Shown: positions 56,399 to 64,000 of the stretch, piece after piece
How the letters are laid out: each line of letters begins with the position of its first letter
Position numbering within the stretch: the first letter of the stretch is position 1
From: a virus
Taxonomy: Duplodnaviria > Caudoviricetes
IMG/VR virus record: IMGVR_UViG_2924880783_000005
Location: 16,865-80,864 of that record
Strand: one strand, 5' to 3'
DNA length: 64,000 nt
Notes under the pieces: model-generated
Databases searched by the model: none
Told to the model about the DNA's origin: nothing
The model's input: the letters and a program-made list of their open reading frames with translations, nothing else
Position numbers and translations under genes: made by a program

Positions 56399-58477
56399 GC
56401 TTCATTGCCGGACATCGACGTGGACTACGCTTCCGACCGCCGTCAGGAGATCAAGGAATACCTTGAGGAACGGTACAATACCGAAGGGCACAGACGGGTA
56501 TTCTCCGCCGGGACCTTTACTACCATGCAGCTCAAGGCCGCCTTGAAAGACGTCGCCCGTGTGTATCGCGTGCCGCACGGCATCGTGAACTACATCACCG
56601 CCATGCTGGACGAAGGGACGGACTGGACGGGACTGTTCAAACAAGCGGCCGCGAACAAGAAACTCAGGGACTTCATCCAGACCTATCCCGAGGTGATCGA
56701 GGACGTGCGCCTGCTGCTCGGCCAGCCCAAGGCGGCGTCGATACATGCCTCCGCCATCATCGTTACTCCGGAAACGCGGAACGGGCAGGCGGCGGAGTGC
56801 TTCGACTTCCTGCCCATACGGGAAACGGACGGGGTGCTTGTCTCGGAGTTCGACGGCTACTCGGTGGATGAAATCGGGTTGCTCAAAGAGGATGTGCTGG
56901 CGACGAAGGAGCTTGCCAAATTGAGTGCGGTCATCACGCTTGTAAACGAGCATTACGGGCAAAGTCTCTCCATAGAGCGTATTACGAGCCGGGAGTTGGA
57001 AGACATGAAGACCTACCGCCTGCTTTCGGAGGGAAACACGCAGAACGTCTTCCAGTTCTCCTCGCCTGGTATCACGCGCTTCATTCAGGACGTGCAGCCC
57101 GACTGCATTGAGGACCTGATCGCCGTCAACGCCCTGTACCGCCCCGCGACGCTCGACATCGGCGCCACGGAAGACTATATCCGCTACCGTCGGGGTGAGG
57201 TGGCTCCGGTATACGATTACGGCTGTTACGAGGCGACGAAAAACACGTTCGGCATCATGGTCTACCAAGAGCAGTTCATGTCCGTGGCGCACACGCTCGG
57301 CGGTTTCGACCTCGGCAAGACCGACCTGCTGCGCAAGGCTATCGGCAAGAAGAAGGCCGACCTGATGGCGACCCTCAAGGCGGACTTCATCGCCGGAGCG
57401 ACAGGAAACGGCTGCCCGGACTATGAGGCGGAGGAAATATGGCATAAGATAGAGGTGGCCGGTAAATACTCGTTCAACCGCAGCCATGCGGCGGCGTACG
57501 CCCTGACCGCCTATTGCGGTGCGTGGCTCAAGGCCAATTACCCGTCGGCGTTTTATACTGTCGCCCTGCAATGGGCCGATGACAGGGAGATTCCGTCGCT
57601 GATGGCGGAGATGGAGCGTTGTTCGTCGGCGAAGATCGTGCCGCCGGACATCAACCGTTCGGGCGTGGAATTCTTCACCGACTATGCCACCGATGAAATC
57701 TTCTGGTCGTTGACCCGCATCAAGCAGGTCGGGATAAAGGCGGTGGAATATATCGTTGCGGAACGTACTCGCGGCCGATTCGGGAGTATAGAGAACTTTA
57801 TCCACCGCATCTTCCGCTACAAGCTCAAGAAATACAGCTATTGGGATGACCCGGACAATCCCGACGAGGCGGTGAAAGTGCCGGTCAACGCGCGGCATGT
57901 CAAGAACATGATTCTGGCGGGCTGTTTCGACCGTATCGAGAAGGTGCAGGCCGTGACGGAGCGTTATGCCGTGCTGGAACGCGCCGCCCATGAACTGGGA
58001 TTCACGCTTTCCGAGAAGGACTTTCCGGTTGATATGCGGGACAAACATTACTTCTGGTCGAGGCTGCAGATTGCCGTGTCGGGCATCGGCTCCATCGACT
58101 ACCGCCGCATCTTCGACAACTCCGAGGCACGTGCCGCCGTCAAGGGCAAGGCGTCCTACCTCTCGCTGGAAGAGGTGTCGCGGGACGAGAACGACGGGCG
58201 GCGTGCCACCGTCTGCGCCACGGTCGTGGAGGTATCCGAAAACAGCTACAAGGACCGTGAGACGGGCGGGCGGAAACGCTTCGCCAAGCTGACGCTCTCG
58301 CAGAACAACCGGCTCACGGAGTGCGTCTGCTGGAGCGACTATTACATGGCGCACCGCACCGAGATACAGTCGCTCAAGGACAAGGTCGTCATCCTGACGG
58401 CGATGGTCCGGTACAGCGACTACAGCGGCTGCAACACCTTACAGACAACCAAGAACTCACTTTTATTCATTCAATGA
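56306..58477 (+). CDS. dnaE: DNA polymerase III alpha, C-terminal half (catalytic core, HhH, OB)
   Basis: SLPDIDVDY, KEDVL, MVYQEQ and FNRSHAAAY motifs after a 31-32 aa non-DnaE leader. Confidence 0.92.
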   Translation: MKVTDIRIKRAHAPLAVMDTFVDKGLVAGGHASLPDIDVDYASDRRQEIKEYLEERYNTEGHRRVFSAGTFTTMQLKAALKDVARVYRVPHGIVNYITAMLDEGTDWTGLFKQAAANKKLRDFIQTYPEVIEDVRLLLGQPKAASIHASAIIVTPETRNGQAAECFDFLPIRETDGVLVSEFDGYSVDEIGLLKEDVLATKELAKLSAVITLVNEHYGQSLSIERITSRELEDMKTYRLLSEGNTQNVFQFSSPGITRFIQDVQPDCIEDLIAVNALYRPATLDIGATEDYIRYRRGEVAPVYDYGCYEATKNTFGIMVYQEQFMSVAHTLGGFDLGKTDLLRKAIGKKKADLMATLKADFIAGATGNGCPDYEAEEIWHKIEVAGKYSFNRSHAAAYALTAYCGAWLKANYPSAFYTVALQWADDREIPSLMAEMERCSSAKIVPPDINRSGVEFFTDYATDEIFWSLTRIKQVGIKAVEYIVAERTRGRFGSIENFIHRIFRYKLKKYSYWDDPDNPDEAVKVPVNARHVKNMILAGCFDRIEKVQAVTERYAVLERAAHELGFTLSEKDFPVDMRDKHYFWSRLQIAVSGIGSIDYRRIFDNSEARAAVKGKASYLSLEEVSRDENDGRRATVCATVVEVSENSYKDRETGGRKRFAKLTLSQNNRLTECVCWSDYYMAHRTEIQSLKDKVVILTAMVRYSDYSGCNTLQTTKNSLLFIQ

Positions 58478-58478
58478 C

Positions 58479-59246
58479 ATGGCACCGAAAACGGAACAGA
58501 AGATATACACGGGCATCGGTCTGGACTTCGAGACCGGAGGGCTGGACTGCCGCGAATGCGCCTGCACACAGATATCCTTGCAGGCGGTACGGTTCGACAC
58601 ATGGCAGGTCATGGAACGCTACGAAGCGTATGTGGCGCCTTATTGCAGACAAGATGCTGGATTGCCCAAGAAAAAAGTGCTACGCACACGCCACGAGCAG
58701 GCACGGGAGGAAAACGTGCCGATGAAATACGAGCAGACAGCGCTGAACTACTCGGGCATCACGATGGACATGCTCCGCTCACAGGGCGCGGACATCCGCA
58801 AGATTGCCGAAACGGTCATCGCCTTCGCCCGGCGGAACACGCTGTCCGGAGGCAAACAATGCAAACCCGTGCTTATCGGGCAGAACGTCGCTTTCGACAT
58901 CGGATTCCTACAGCAGATGATGAACTATGCCGGGCTGGTCGCCGAGTTCGAGAAAACTTTTGCTGGGACAAAGGACTACTATGGCAACTTCCAGCCGCAT
59001 TATATCGACACGCTGCACATCGGCCGGCTGGCCTTCGCCGCAGATCCGGAGGTGACCTCCTACAAACTGGAACTGATCGCCTACCGGTTGGGTGTGGAAT
59101 TAGACGACGCCCACGATGCGGCCGCCGACGTTACGGCGACGCTCGACGTGTTGGGCATGTATGCCTCGCGACTGCGCAACGACGAAGGCGGTACGGCAAG
59201 TATGGTACAGAAAAAGGAGAAGACACGGAAATACTTCAAGATATGA
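58479..59246 (+). CDS. DEDDh 3'-5' exonuclease (proofreading epsilon-like)
   Basis: LDFETGG, GQNVAFD and HDAAAD motifs; directly after dnaE-C. Confidence 0.88.
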   Translation: MAPKTEQKIYTGIGLDFETGGLDCRECACTQISLQAVRFDTWQVMERYEAYVAPYCRQDAGLPKKKVLRTRHEQAREENVPMKYEQTALNYSGITMDMLRSQGADIRKIAETVIAFARRNTLSGGKQCKPVLIGQNVAFDIGFLQQMMNYAGLVAEFEKTFAGTKDYYGNFQPHYIDTLHIGRLAFAADPEVTSYKLELIAYRLGVELDDAHDAAADVTATLDVLGMYASRLRNDEGGTASMVQKKEKTRKYFKI

Positions 59247-59542
59247 TTATGGAACAGGACAAGCAGGATGTACAAAATCAAATCCCCGAGACCATCACTT
59301 TTCGCACGGCCGACCGCATGACCTACGGCGCGTTGGGCTATGACGGGAACGAGCTGATGGCGGTCATCTCGGGCTACGACCTCGAAATCAAATTCAATAT
59401 GCGTCTTATCAATTCGCTCTCCGATGCCGAGGCGTGTGCCGACGCGCTGGCACAGGTCTTCTATGAAGCGTTGATGGAGCAGCTTATCAATGAGAAAAAG
59501 GATTTTGTAAAACCGCCGGCGGACAAACCTCCTACTCTTTAA
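59243..59542 (+). CDS. Hypothetical protein
   Basis: Start at 59243 (ATGA overlap with the exonuclease stop); 99 aa. Confidence 0.7.
   Translation: MIMEQDKQDVQNQIPETITFRTADRMTYGALGYDGNELMAVISGYDLEIKFNMRLINSLSDAEACADALAQVFYEALMEQLINEKKDFVKPPADKPPTL
59511..59539 (+). promoter_or_regulatory. Late-promoter motif AAC-N18-CTACTCTT (TerS/lysis operon)
   Basis: AAC at 59511-59513, CTACTCTT at 59532-59539. Confidence 0.7.
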
Positions 59543-59552
59543 CAAAAAGAAT

Positions 59553-60077
59553 ATGCCGGAAAAGACGAACAACACACCCGAAAACCGGGAGGAAAAGAGA
59601 CTCTCCGAGCAGGAGTTGCAGTTCTGCGAGCTCTATGTGAACGGAGGGTTGGAGTATGCCGGCCGGCCGAAAAAATGCTATGTCGAGGTATTCGGCGAGC
59701 AGGCGGCAAAGAACCCGCATTCGGCGGCCAACTACCTGATGAACAAACCGCACGTGCTGGCGCATATCAAGGCGTTGCTCTCCTCCGAGAGATTCGAGAT
59801 GGAGACAACAGCTGTCAAGTTGCAGGTGACGGAGACACTGAAAGCCGTGATGAACGAGACTGCCACGACGGATTACACCGACCGTTTCGGCGTACCCCTC
59901 TCGCCGGCGCCGCTGCGTGCCGTGTCGGTCAATGCCGCCAAAGCCCTGATGGAGATATTCCCCATCAAGCACAAGGAAGAGAGCCGCCTGCGTATCGAGG
60001 GGGCTGACGGAGGGGTCATCTTTAATGTCATCGTGCCGACAAATACGCCTTCCAAGGATGAAGAAGCGGAAGATTGA
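59553..60077 (+). CDS. Terminase small subunit-like protein
   Basis: LSEQELQFCELYV...AANYLMNKPHVLAHI, a TerS-type N-terminal HTH. Confidence 0.7.
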   Translation: MPEKTNNTPENREEKRLSEQELQFCELYVNGGLEYAGRPKKCYVEVFGEQAAKNPHSAANYLMNKPHVLAHIKALLSSERFEMETTAVKLQVTETLKAVMNETATTDYTDRFGVPLSPAPLRAVSVNAAKALMEIFPIKHKEESRLRIEGADGGVIFNVIVPTNTPSKDEEAED

Positions 60078-60210
60078 CCGAAAGGAAATCGCCTGGTGGA
60101 TTTACCTGGCGATTATGGTAGCGCTCGTCATCTACGGGTTCTGGAACAGCACGGCGGCGGAGACATTGCTCCGGGCCATAAGGGAAGCATTCACACTACT
60201 AATGGAATAG
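60058..60210 (+). CDS. Small single-TM protein (holin/antiholin candidate)
   Basis: MKKRKIDRKEIAWWIYLAIMVALVIYGFW...: basic N-terminus plus one TM helix. Confidence 0.6.
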   Translation: MKKRKIDRKEIAWWIYLAIMVALVIYGFWNSTAAETLLRAIREAFTLLME

Positions 60211-60214
60211 ATAT

Positions 60215-60520
60215 ATGGAACAGTTCAAACAGTTTGTAATAAAGCATTTCAAGGTGATCTCGGTGGTATTGTCGTTCATGCTGACGATGTACATCCAGCA
60301 TCAGAACAACACCCGGCAGATCCTGGAACTGTCGGCACGTTGCGACAGGCTCGAAACGCGGATTCAGGACCAGTACGAACGCATCGACGCCATCAAGCTC
60401 GACAAGGCCGTATTCGAAGCGACGATGTTGCAGTTCAACTCCATCCAGAGCGACCTGCATGAAATCCGGGAGGATATCCGTTCGCTGCTGGAACACAGTA
60501 ACCATTATAACGGGAGGTAA
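60215..60520 (+). CDS. TM plus coiled-coil protein (holin-like)
   Basis: N-terminal hydrophobic helix followed by a heptad coiled coil. Confidence 0.6.
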   Translation: MEQFKQFVIKHFKVISVVLSFMLTMYIQHQNNTRQILELSARCDRLETRIQDQYERIDAIKLDKAVFEATMLQFNSIQSDLHEIREDIRSLLEHSNHYNGR

Positions 60521-60523
60521 AGT

Positions 60524-60730
60524 ATGATAAAAAACGCGTATATAACCATCGTGGCCTCTGCGGAGCTTTCCGAACTGAGGCTCGACGAACTGGTCGGCCG
60601 GCGCGGGTTGGTTGTGGAAGATCTCGCTTCCGGAAGGATAAAAAACCGCGGTGCGCTGGTGCTGCTGGAGGAAGCGTATATGGAAGAGTTCCTGTGGTTC
60701 ATTCCCGAAAACGCGGCAGTCTATGAATAG
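60524..60730 (+). CDS. Small hypothetical protein
   Basis: 68 aa, tightly packed in the operon. Confidence 0.65.
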   Translation: MIKNAYITIVASAELSELRLDELVGRRGLVVEDLASGRIKNRGALVLLEEAYMEEFLWFIPENAAVYE

Positions 60731-61325
60731 GATACTCGTCAAATGCCTGCTGGCGGCCGTTTTGGTGCTCGGAGGCATCGTATGGGTCCAGCACCGCAAT
60801 GCAGTACGGCTAAGGACAGAGCGCGACCGTTACAGGGACAATACCGAGACGTTGCTGTCGGATATGAAACGTATCCGGGTGGATTCGACGACGATGGCCG
60901 TGGATGTGAACGCCCTGCGGCTGCGGGTGGACGAATACAAGCGGTTGCGAGCCGAGGATGCCGAGCAGATCAAACGGCTCGGCGTGAAAATCAAGAATCT
61001 CGAAGCGGCGGCACGTCACGAGGTGGAGGTGGCCGGGCCGATAGATGCGGCGGTGCGGGACACGGTCGTCATCCGGGACACCGTGCCGCTGCTCCGGCAG
61101 AAAGTGGAGATGATTACGCCTTATATCCAGCTGACAGGACTTATCGAGAAGGGGCGTCTGAAAGGCGAAATCCGGGTGTCGGTAACGCTCCGGCAGGCGG
61201 TGTGGGTGGAATACAAAGGGTGGTGGTTTTGGAAGAAAGTCAAGGCCGTGCATCAGACCATATCCAGCGACAACCCGTATGCGGAGATCAGGTATTCCGA
61301 ATACATCGAAATACATAAAAAATAA
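60723..61325 (+). CDS. Membrane-anchored coiled-coil protein (Rz/i-spanin-like)
   Basis: Start at ATG 60723; N-terminal TM, coiled coil, C-terminal WWFWKK. Confidence 0.6.
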   Translation: MNRILVKCLLAAVLVLGGIVWVQHRNAVRLRTERDRYRDNTETLLSDMKRIRVDSTTMAVDVNALRLRVDEYKRLRAEDAEQIKRLGVKIKNLEAAARHEVEVAGPIDAAVRDTVVIRDTVPLLRQKVEMITPYIQLTGLIEKGRLKGEIRVSVTLRQAVWVEYKGWWFWKKVKAVHQTISSDNPYAEIRYSEYIEIHKK

Positions 61326-61332
61326 AAACAGG

Positions 61333-61363
61333 AGCCTTCATAAAGAAGAATGAAGGCTTTTTT
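61333..61363 (+). terminator. Intrinsic terminator ending the late/lysis operon
   Basis: AGCCTTCAT/ATGAAGGCT stem followed by a T-run. Confidence 0.78.
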
Positions 61364-61390
61364 ATTGGCTGAAATCAAAAACAAATCATT

Positions 61391-62599
61391 ATGGCAACAG
61401 TAAAAGTGAAATTTCGTGCTTCTACCATCCCGACGAAGGAGGGCACCGTATTTTATCAAGTGATTCACAATCGTGTGGCACGGCAAGTTAATACCGGCTA
61501 TAAACTCTATTCGTATGAATGGAATACGCCATGTACGGAAATCGTCTTTCCTCCCGGGATCGAGGATGCTCGCCGGAATTATCTGACTTCGTTGAAGGAC
61601 GCACTACACGAAGATATCCATCGGTTCAAAAGTATTATCTTGCGTCTTGAACGTACAGGTGAAAACTATACGGCCGAGGACGTGGTGAATCAGTATCTCA
61701 CGCCTTCGAATACCGGAGGTTTCATGGCTTTCGCTCGTGATATTATCTGGCAATTGAAACAAATCGGGAAATTCCGTACTGCCGAGCGATATACGACTGT
61801 CATAAACAGTTTCGAGCGTTTTCTCGGGGAAAATGACGTGCACTTGGATGATTTCGATTCCAATTTGATGGTTAGGTATGAGAACTTTCTGAAATCAAGC
61901 GGCGTATGCCCGAATACGTCCTCCTTCTACATGCGGGGAATACGGGCAATCTATAATCGGGCTGTCGAAAAGGAACTGACCTTGCAGCGCAGCCCCTTCA
62001 AACACGTCTATACAGGAATCGACAAGACCGTCAAACGGGCCGTACCCCTGAAAATTATCCGTCAAATTCGTGATTTAGACCTAACGATATTCCCAGTCAC
62101 GGACTTCGCTAGGGACATCTTCATGTTCTCTTTCTACACACGCGGAATGTCGTTCATCGATATAGCATACCTAAAGAAAAAAAACCTGCAAAATGGCATA
62201 CTTTCTTACCGCAGACAGAAAACAGGCCAGTTGCTTTTCATCAAATGGGAACGGCCTATGCAGGAGATTATCGATAAATACGATACCTCCGATACTCCCT
62301 ATCTGTTGCCGATTATCAAAGATATGAATGCGGATGAACGGCGGCAATATAAGAATGCAGCACATCTGGTCAATGACAAACTGAGAAAGCTTGGGGAGAA
62401 ATTAGGGCTGGCCATTCCTTTGACCACTTACGTGGCCCGCCACGCGTGGGCTTCCATCGCCAAAAGCAAGAATGTGCCGCTGGGAACCATCAGCGAGGCA
62501 ATGGGGCATGATTCGGAAAAGACCACTCGCATTTATCTCGCCTCATTAGACACATCAGCTGTCGACAAAGCGAACAGTCAAATACTGAAAGCTTTGTAA
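61391..62599 (+). CDS. Tyrosine recombinase (Bacteroidales integrase/invertase type)
   Basis: Arm-binding N-terminus, SAM-like domain, catalytic TRGMSF...YVARHAW...MGH...TTRIY. Confidence 0.92.
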   Translation: MATVKVKFRASTIPTKEGTVFYQVIHNRVARQVNTGYKLYSYEWNTPCTEIVFPPGIEDARRNYLTSLKDALHEDIHRFKSIILRLERTGENYTAEDVVNQYLTPSNTGGFMAFARDIIWQLKQIGKFRTAERYTTVINSFERFLGENDVHLDDFDSNLMVRYENFLKSSGVCPNTSSFYMRGIRAIYNRAVEKELTLQRSPFKHVYTGIDKTVKRAVPLKIIRQIRDLDLTIFPVTDFARDIFMFSFYTRGMSFIDIAYLKKKNLQNGILSYRRQKTGQLLFIKWERPMQEIIDKYDTSDTPYLLPIIKDMNADERRQYKNAAHLVNDKLRKLGEKLGLAIPLTTYVARHAWASIAKSKNVPLGTISEAMGHDSEKTTRIYLASLDTSAVDKANSQILKAL

Positions 62600-63072
62600 C
62601 TATTGTTATACTACTTTTATCAGTTGATTTATAGGGCGTAAATACTAGATTGAATAAAAAATAAAACAAAAAGTTGTTGTGCAATTTGAAGAAATCTCTT
62701 TTTGAGAGAAATATTTCACGTGTGCAAAGATACGGAAAATGCTGGATATGGCAATGAAAAGCCGATAGGAAAAATAATTTCCAAGCCAGTCTCGATTAAA
62801 TATGTCGTGCAAAATGAAAAGTTGTTGTGCAAATTTAGTTTCATTTAAGTATAACAATTTGATAATAAGGTATCATCACGCTGCCATTTCTCTCAAAAAG
62901 AGATGTATCGGTCAGTATACGTTTAATGGAAATACTCATCAGCTCCGATAAGTGATAAACAAGGAGAAAAGGAATCATATATAATTCCTGTGAGTAATTC
63001 CAATGAGCTAGGTGAAAGACTGCAAGGAGAAGAACTTCTGCGAAAGACAAAAACTGTTGAGCGATAGCTTTA

Positions 63073-63288
63073 TTCTCTCCATAGGAGAAATATTAACGGG
63101 CGCAAAGTTATGTAATTTATTGGGAATAACCGCATAAAACAGACTTTATTTTCTATGTTACAGTTTATTGCAAATATTTCTATTCAGCAGATGTTGAGCA
63201 AATATACAATTGTATGACAAAAAATAATTTCTGTTTATCAGGCAGTTAAGCCCAATATTACATATTGATATTTCTCCTATGGAGAGAA
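63073..63288. promoter_or_regulatory. Putative invertible promoter segment (OFF orientation for upxY)
   Basis: Perfect 21-bp inverted repeats TTCTCTCCATAGGAGAAATAT (63073-63093)/ATATTTCTCCTATGGAGAGAA (63268-63288) enclose a TAACTTTG -7 element on the minus strand (63103-63110). Confidence 0.82.
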
Positions 63289-63442
63289 GTATCGGCGTAG
63301 GAACTTAAGGCTTCCTTTAAAACGGTATGAATGATTGATATCATACAAAAAAAGACATAAACCATTATAAAACAGACCAATATACAAATTGGGATGAACT
63401 AGGAGTATGTCTTGACTGAAGAAATAACCGATAACATTGCGT

Positions 63443-64000
63443 ATGAGTTCCATCGTGACATCAAAAGATGATCTCACACGAATCCGCTGGTTCGTCATGA
63501 GTGCCTATAAAAATGAAAAAAAGGCGGAAGAAAAACTCAGCGGCAAGGATGGCATGGAATATTTCATACCGAAATGTTATGCCGTGAGAGTCTATCATGG
63601 GGTGAAATCCAAGAGGCTTGTTCCGGTTATCCCGAATCTCGTGTTCGTGCATGCTTCCCGGAAACAGATCACGGATTTCAAGAAGAATCACAATTTCCTG
63701 CAATTCGTAACGTGGGAGAAAAGTACGGGACTGGAATATATCGTGGTCCCGGACGAGCAAATGGACAGCTTCATCAGGATTGCCTCCCTATATGAAGAGG
63801 ATACGGTTTATTACAAGCCGGAAGAGATCGATATACAGAAAGGTACGCGCGTGCGTATTCACGGCGGTAAGTTCGACGGGGTGAAAGGCGTGTTCATGCG
63901 CGTGAAGGGAAAGCGAAACCGCCGGGTGGTCGTGATGCTTGAGGGGGTTATGGCCGTATCGGCAGAGGTTCACCCAGATTTGATCGAGGTTATTTCCTGA
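63443..64000 (+). CDS. upxY: UpxY-family (NusG-like) antiterminator, normally the first gene of a polysaccharide locus
   Basis: NGN domain (WFVM...PVIPNLVFVH) and KOW (KGTRVRIHGGKFDGVKG). Confidence 0.9.
   Translation: MSSIVTSKDDLTRIRWFVMSAYKNEKKAEEKLSGKDGMEYFIPKCYAVRVYHGVKSKRLVPVIPNLVFVHASRKQITDFKKNHNFLQFVTWEKSTGLEYIVVPDEQMDSFIRIASLYEEDTVYYKPEEIDIQKGTRVRIHGGKFDGVKGVFMRVKGKRNRRVVVMLEGVMAVSAEVHPDLIEVIS

Larger units (their letters stand above)
1..61363. mobile_element. Prophage with contractile tail (Mu-like head/tail genes, own replisome); left end outside the window, right end uncertain
   Basis: Co-linear portal, protease, capsid, sheath, tube, tape measure, baseplate, fibre, replication, TerS and lysis-like genes. 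It is followed by an integrase-family gene and upxY. No att sites were identified. Confidence 0.9.

Noticed and set aside
54766-56404. Canonical, splicing-competent split intein
   Set aside because: Block-B Thr/His and the terminal Asn are absent; kept only as a degenerate Hint-like hypothesis.
56402-58354. 650-aa minus-strand ORF
   Set aside because: Antisense shadow of dnaE-C; the plus strand carries all the conserved DnaE motifs.
60743-61318. Embedded Rz1/o-spanin lipoprotein in the alternate frame
   Set aside because: No signal peptide or lipobox Cys in the 191-aa alternate ORF.
63199-63221. Second promoter inside the invertible segment (TATATTTG on the minus strand)
   Set aside because: The nearest TTTG is only 11 nt away, inconsistent with the usual -33/-7 spacing; the element at 63103-63110 is the better candidate.
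62600-63440. Small ORFs around the invertible region (62645-62857, 62841-63050, 63277-63498)
   Set aside because: Short, AT-rich and without motifs; more likely regulatory DNA, although a -7 element on the minus strand at 62725-62732 was noted.
1-64000. CRISPR array, rRNA, IS element, group I/II intron or att direct repeats
   Set aside because: No regularly spaced repeats, rRNA-like sequence, transposase, intron-type interruption or convincing att pair was found by eye.

Overview
About 61 kb of this window is a large, GC-rich prophage with a contractile (myovirus-type) tail. The TAnnTTTG host promoters, A-rich translation starts without Shine-Dalgarno sites and the upxY gene point to a Bacteroidales host. 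The left boundary lies outside the window. From left to right: a long non-coding control region containing a tRNA-like element; a leftward KilA-N/regulatory operon; a Mu-like head module (DUF935-type portal, gpF-like protein, Clp protease with nested scaffold, major capsid); a tail module (sheath, tube, frameshifted chaperone, tape measure, baseplate, repetitive fibres) interrupted by two AT-richer antisense cassettes; a T4-like recombination/replication block (gp32-like SSB, SbcD/SbcC, RuvC-like resolvase, ECF sigma, helicase, primase, DnaE, DEDDh exonuclease); and a terminase small subunit with lysis-like genes. The window ends with a tyrosine recombinase, a promoter flanked by 21-bp inverted repeats (OFF orientation) and upxY. 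The main observations are: (1) dnaE is split at the catalytic PDID motif by degenerate split-intein-like halves that flank a methyltransferase plus HNH endonuclease; (2) an AbiE-like HTH/nucleotidyltransferase pair is joined by a metallophosphoesterase; (3) an AAC-N18-CTACTCTT motif precedes the late operons and fits the phage ECF sigma; (4) a phase-variable polysaccharide-type switch directly abuts the phage. All family assignments come from reading motifs by eye; no database search was run.
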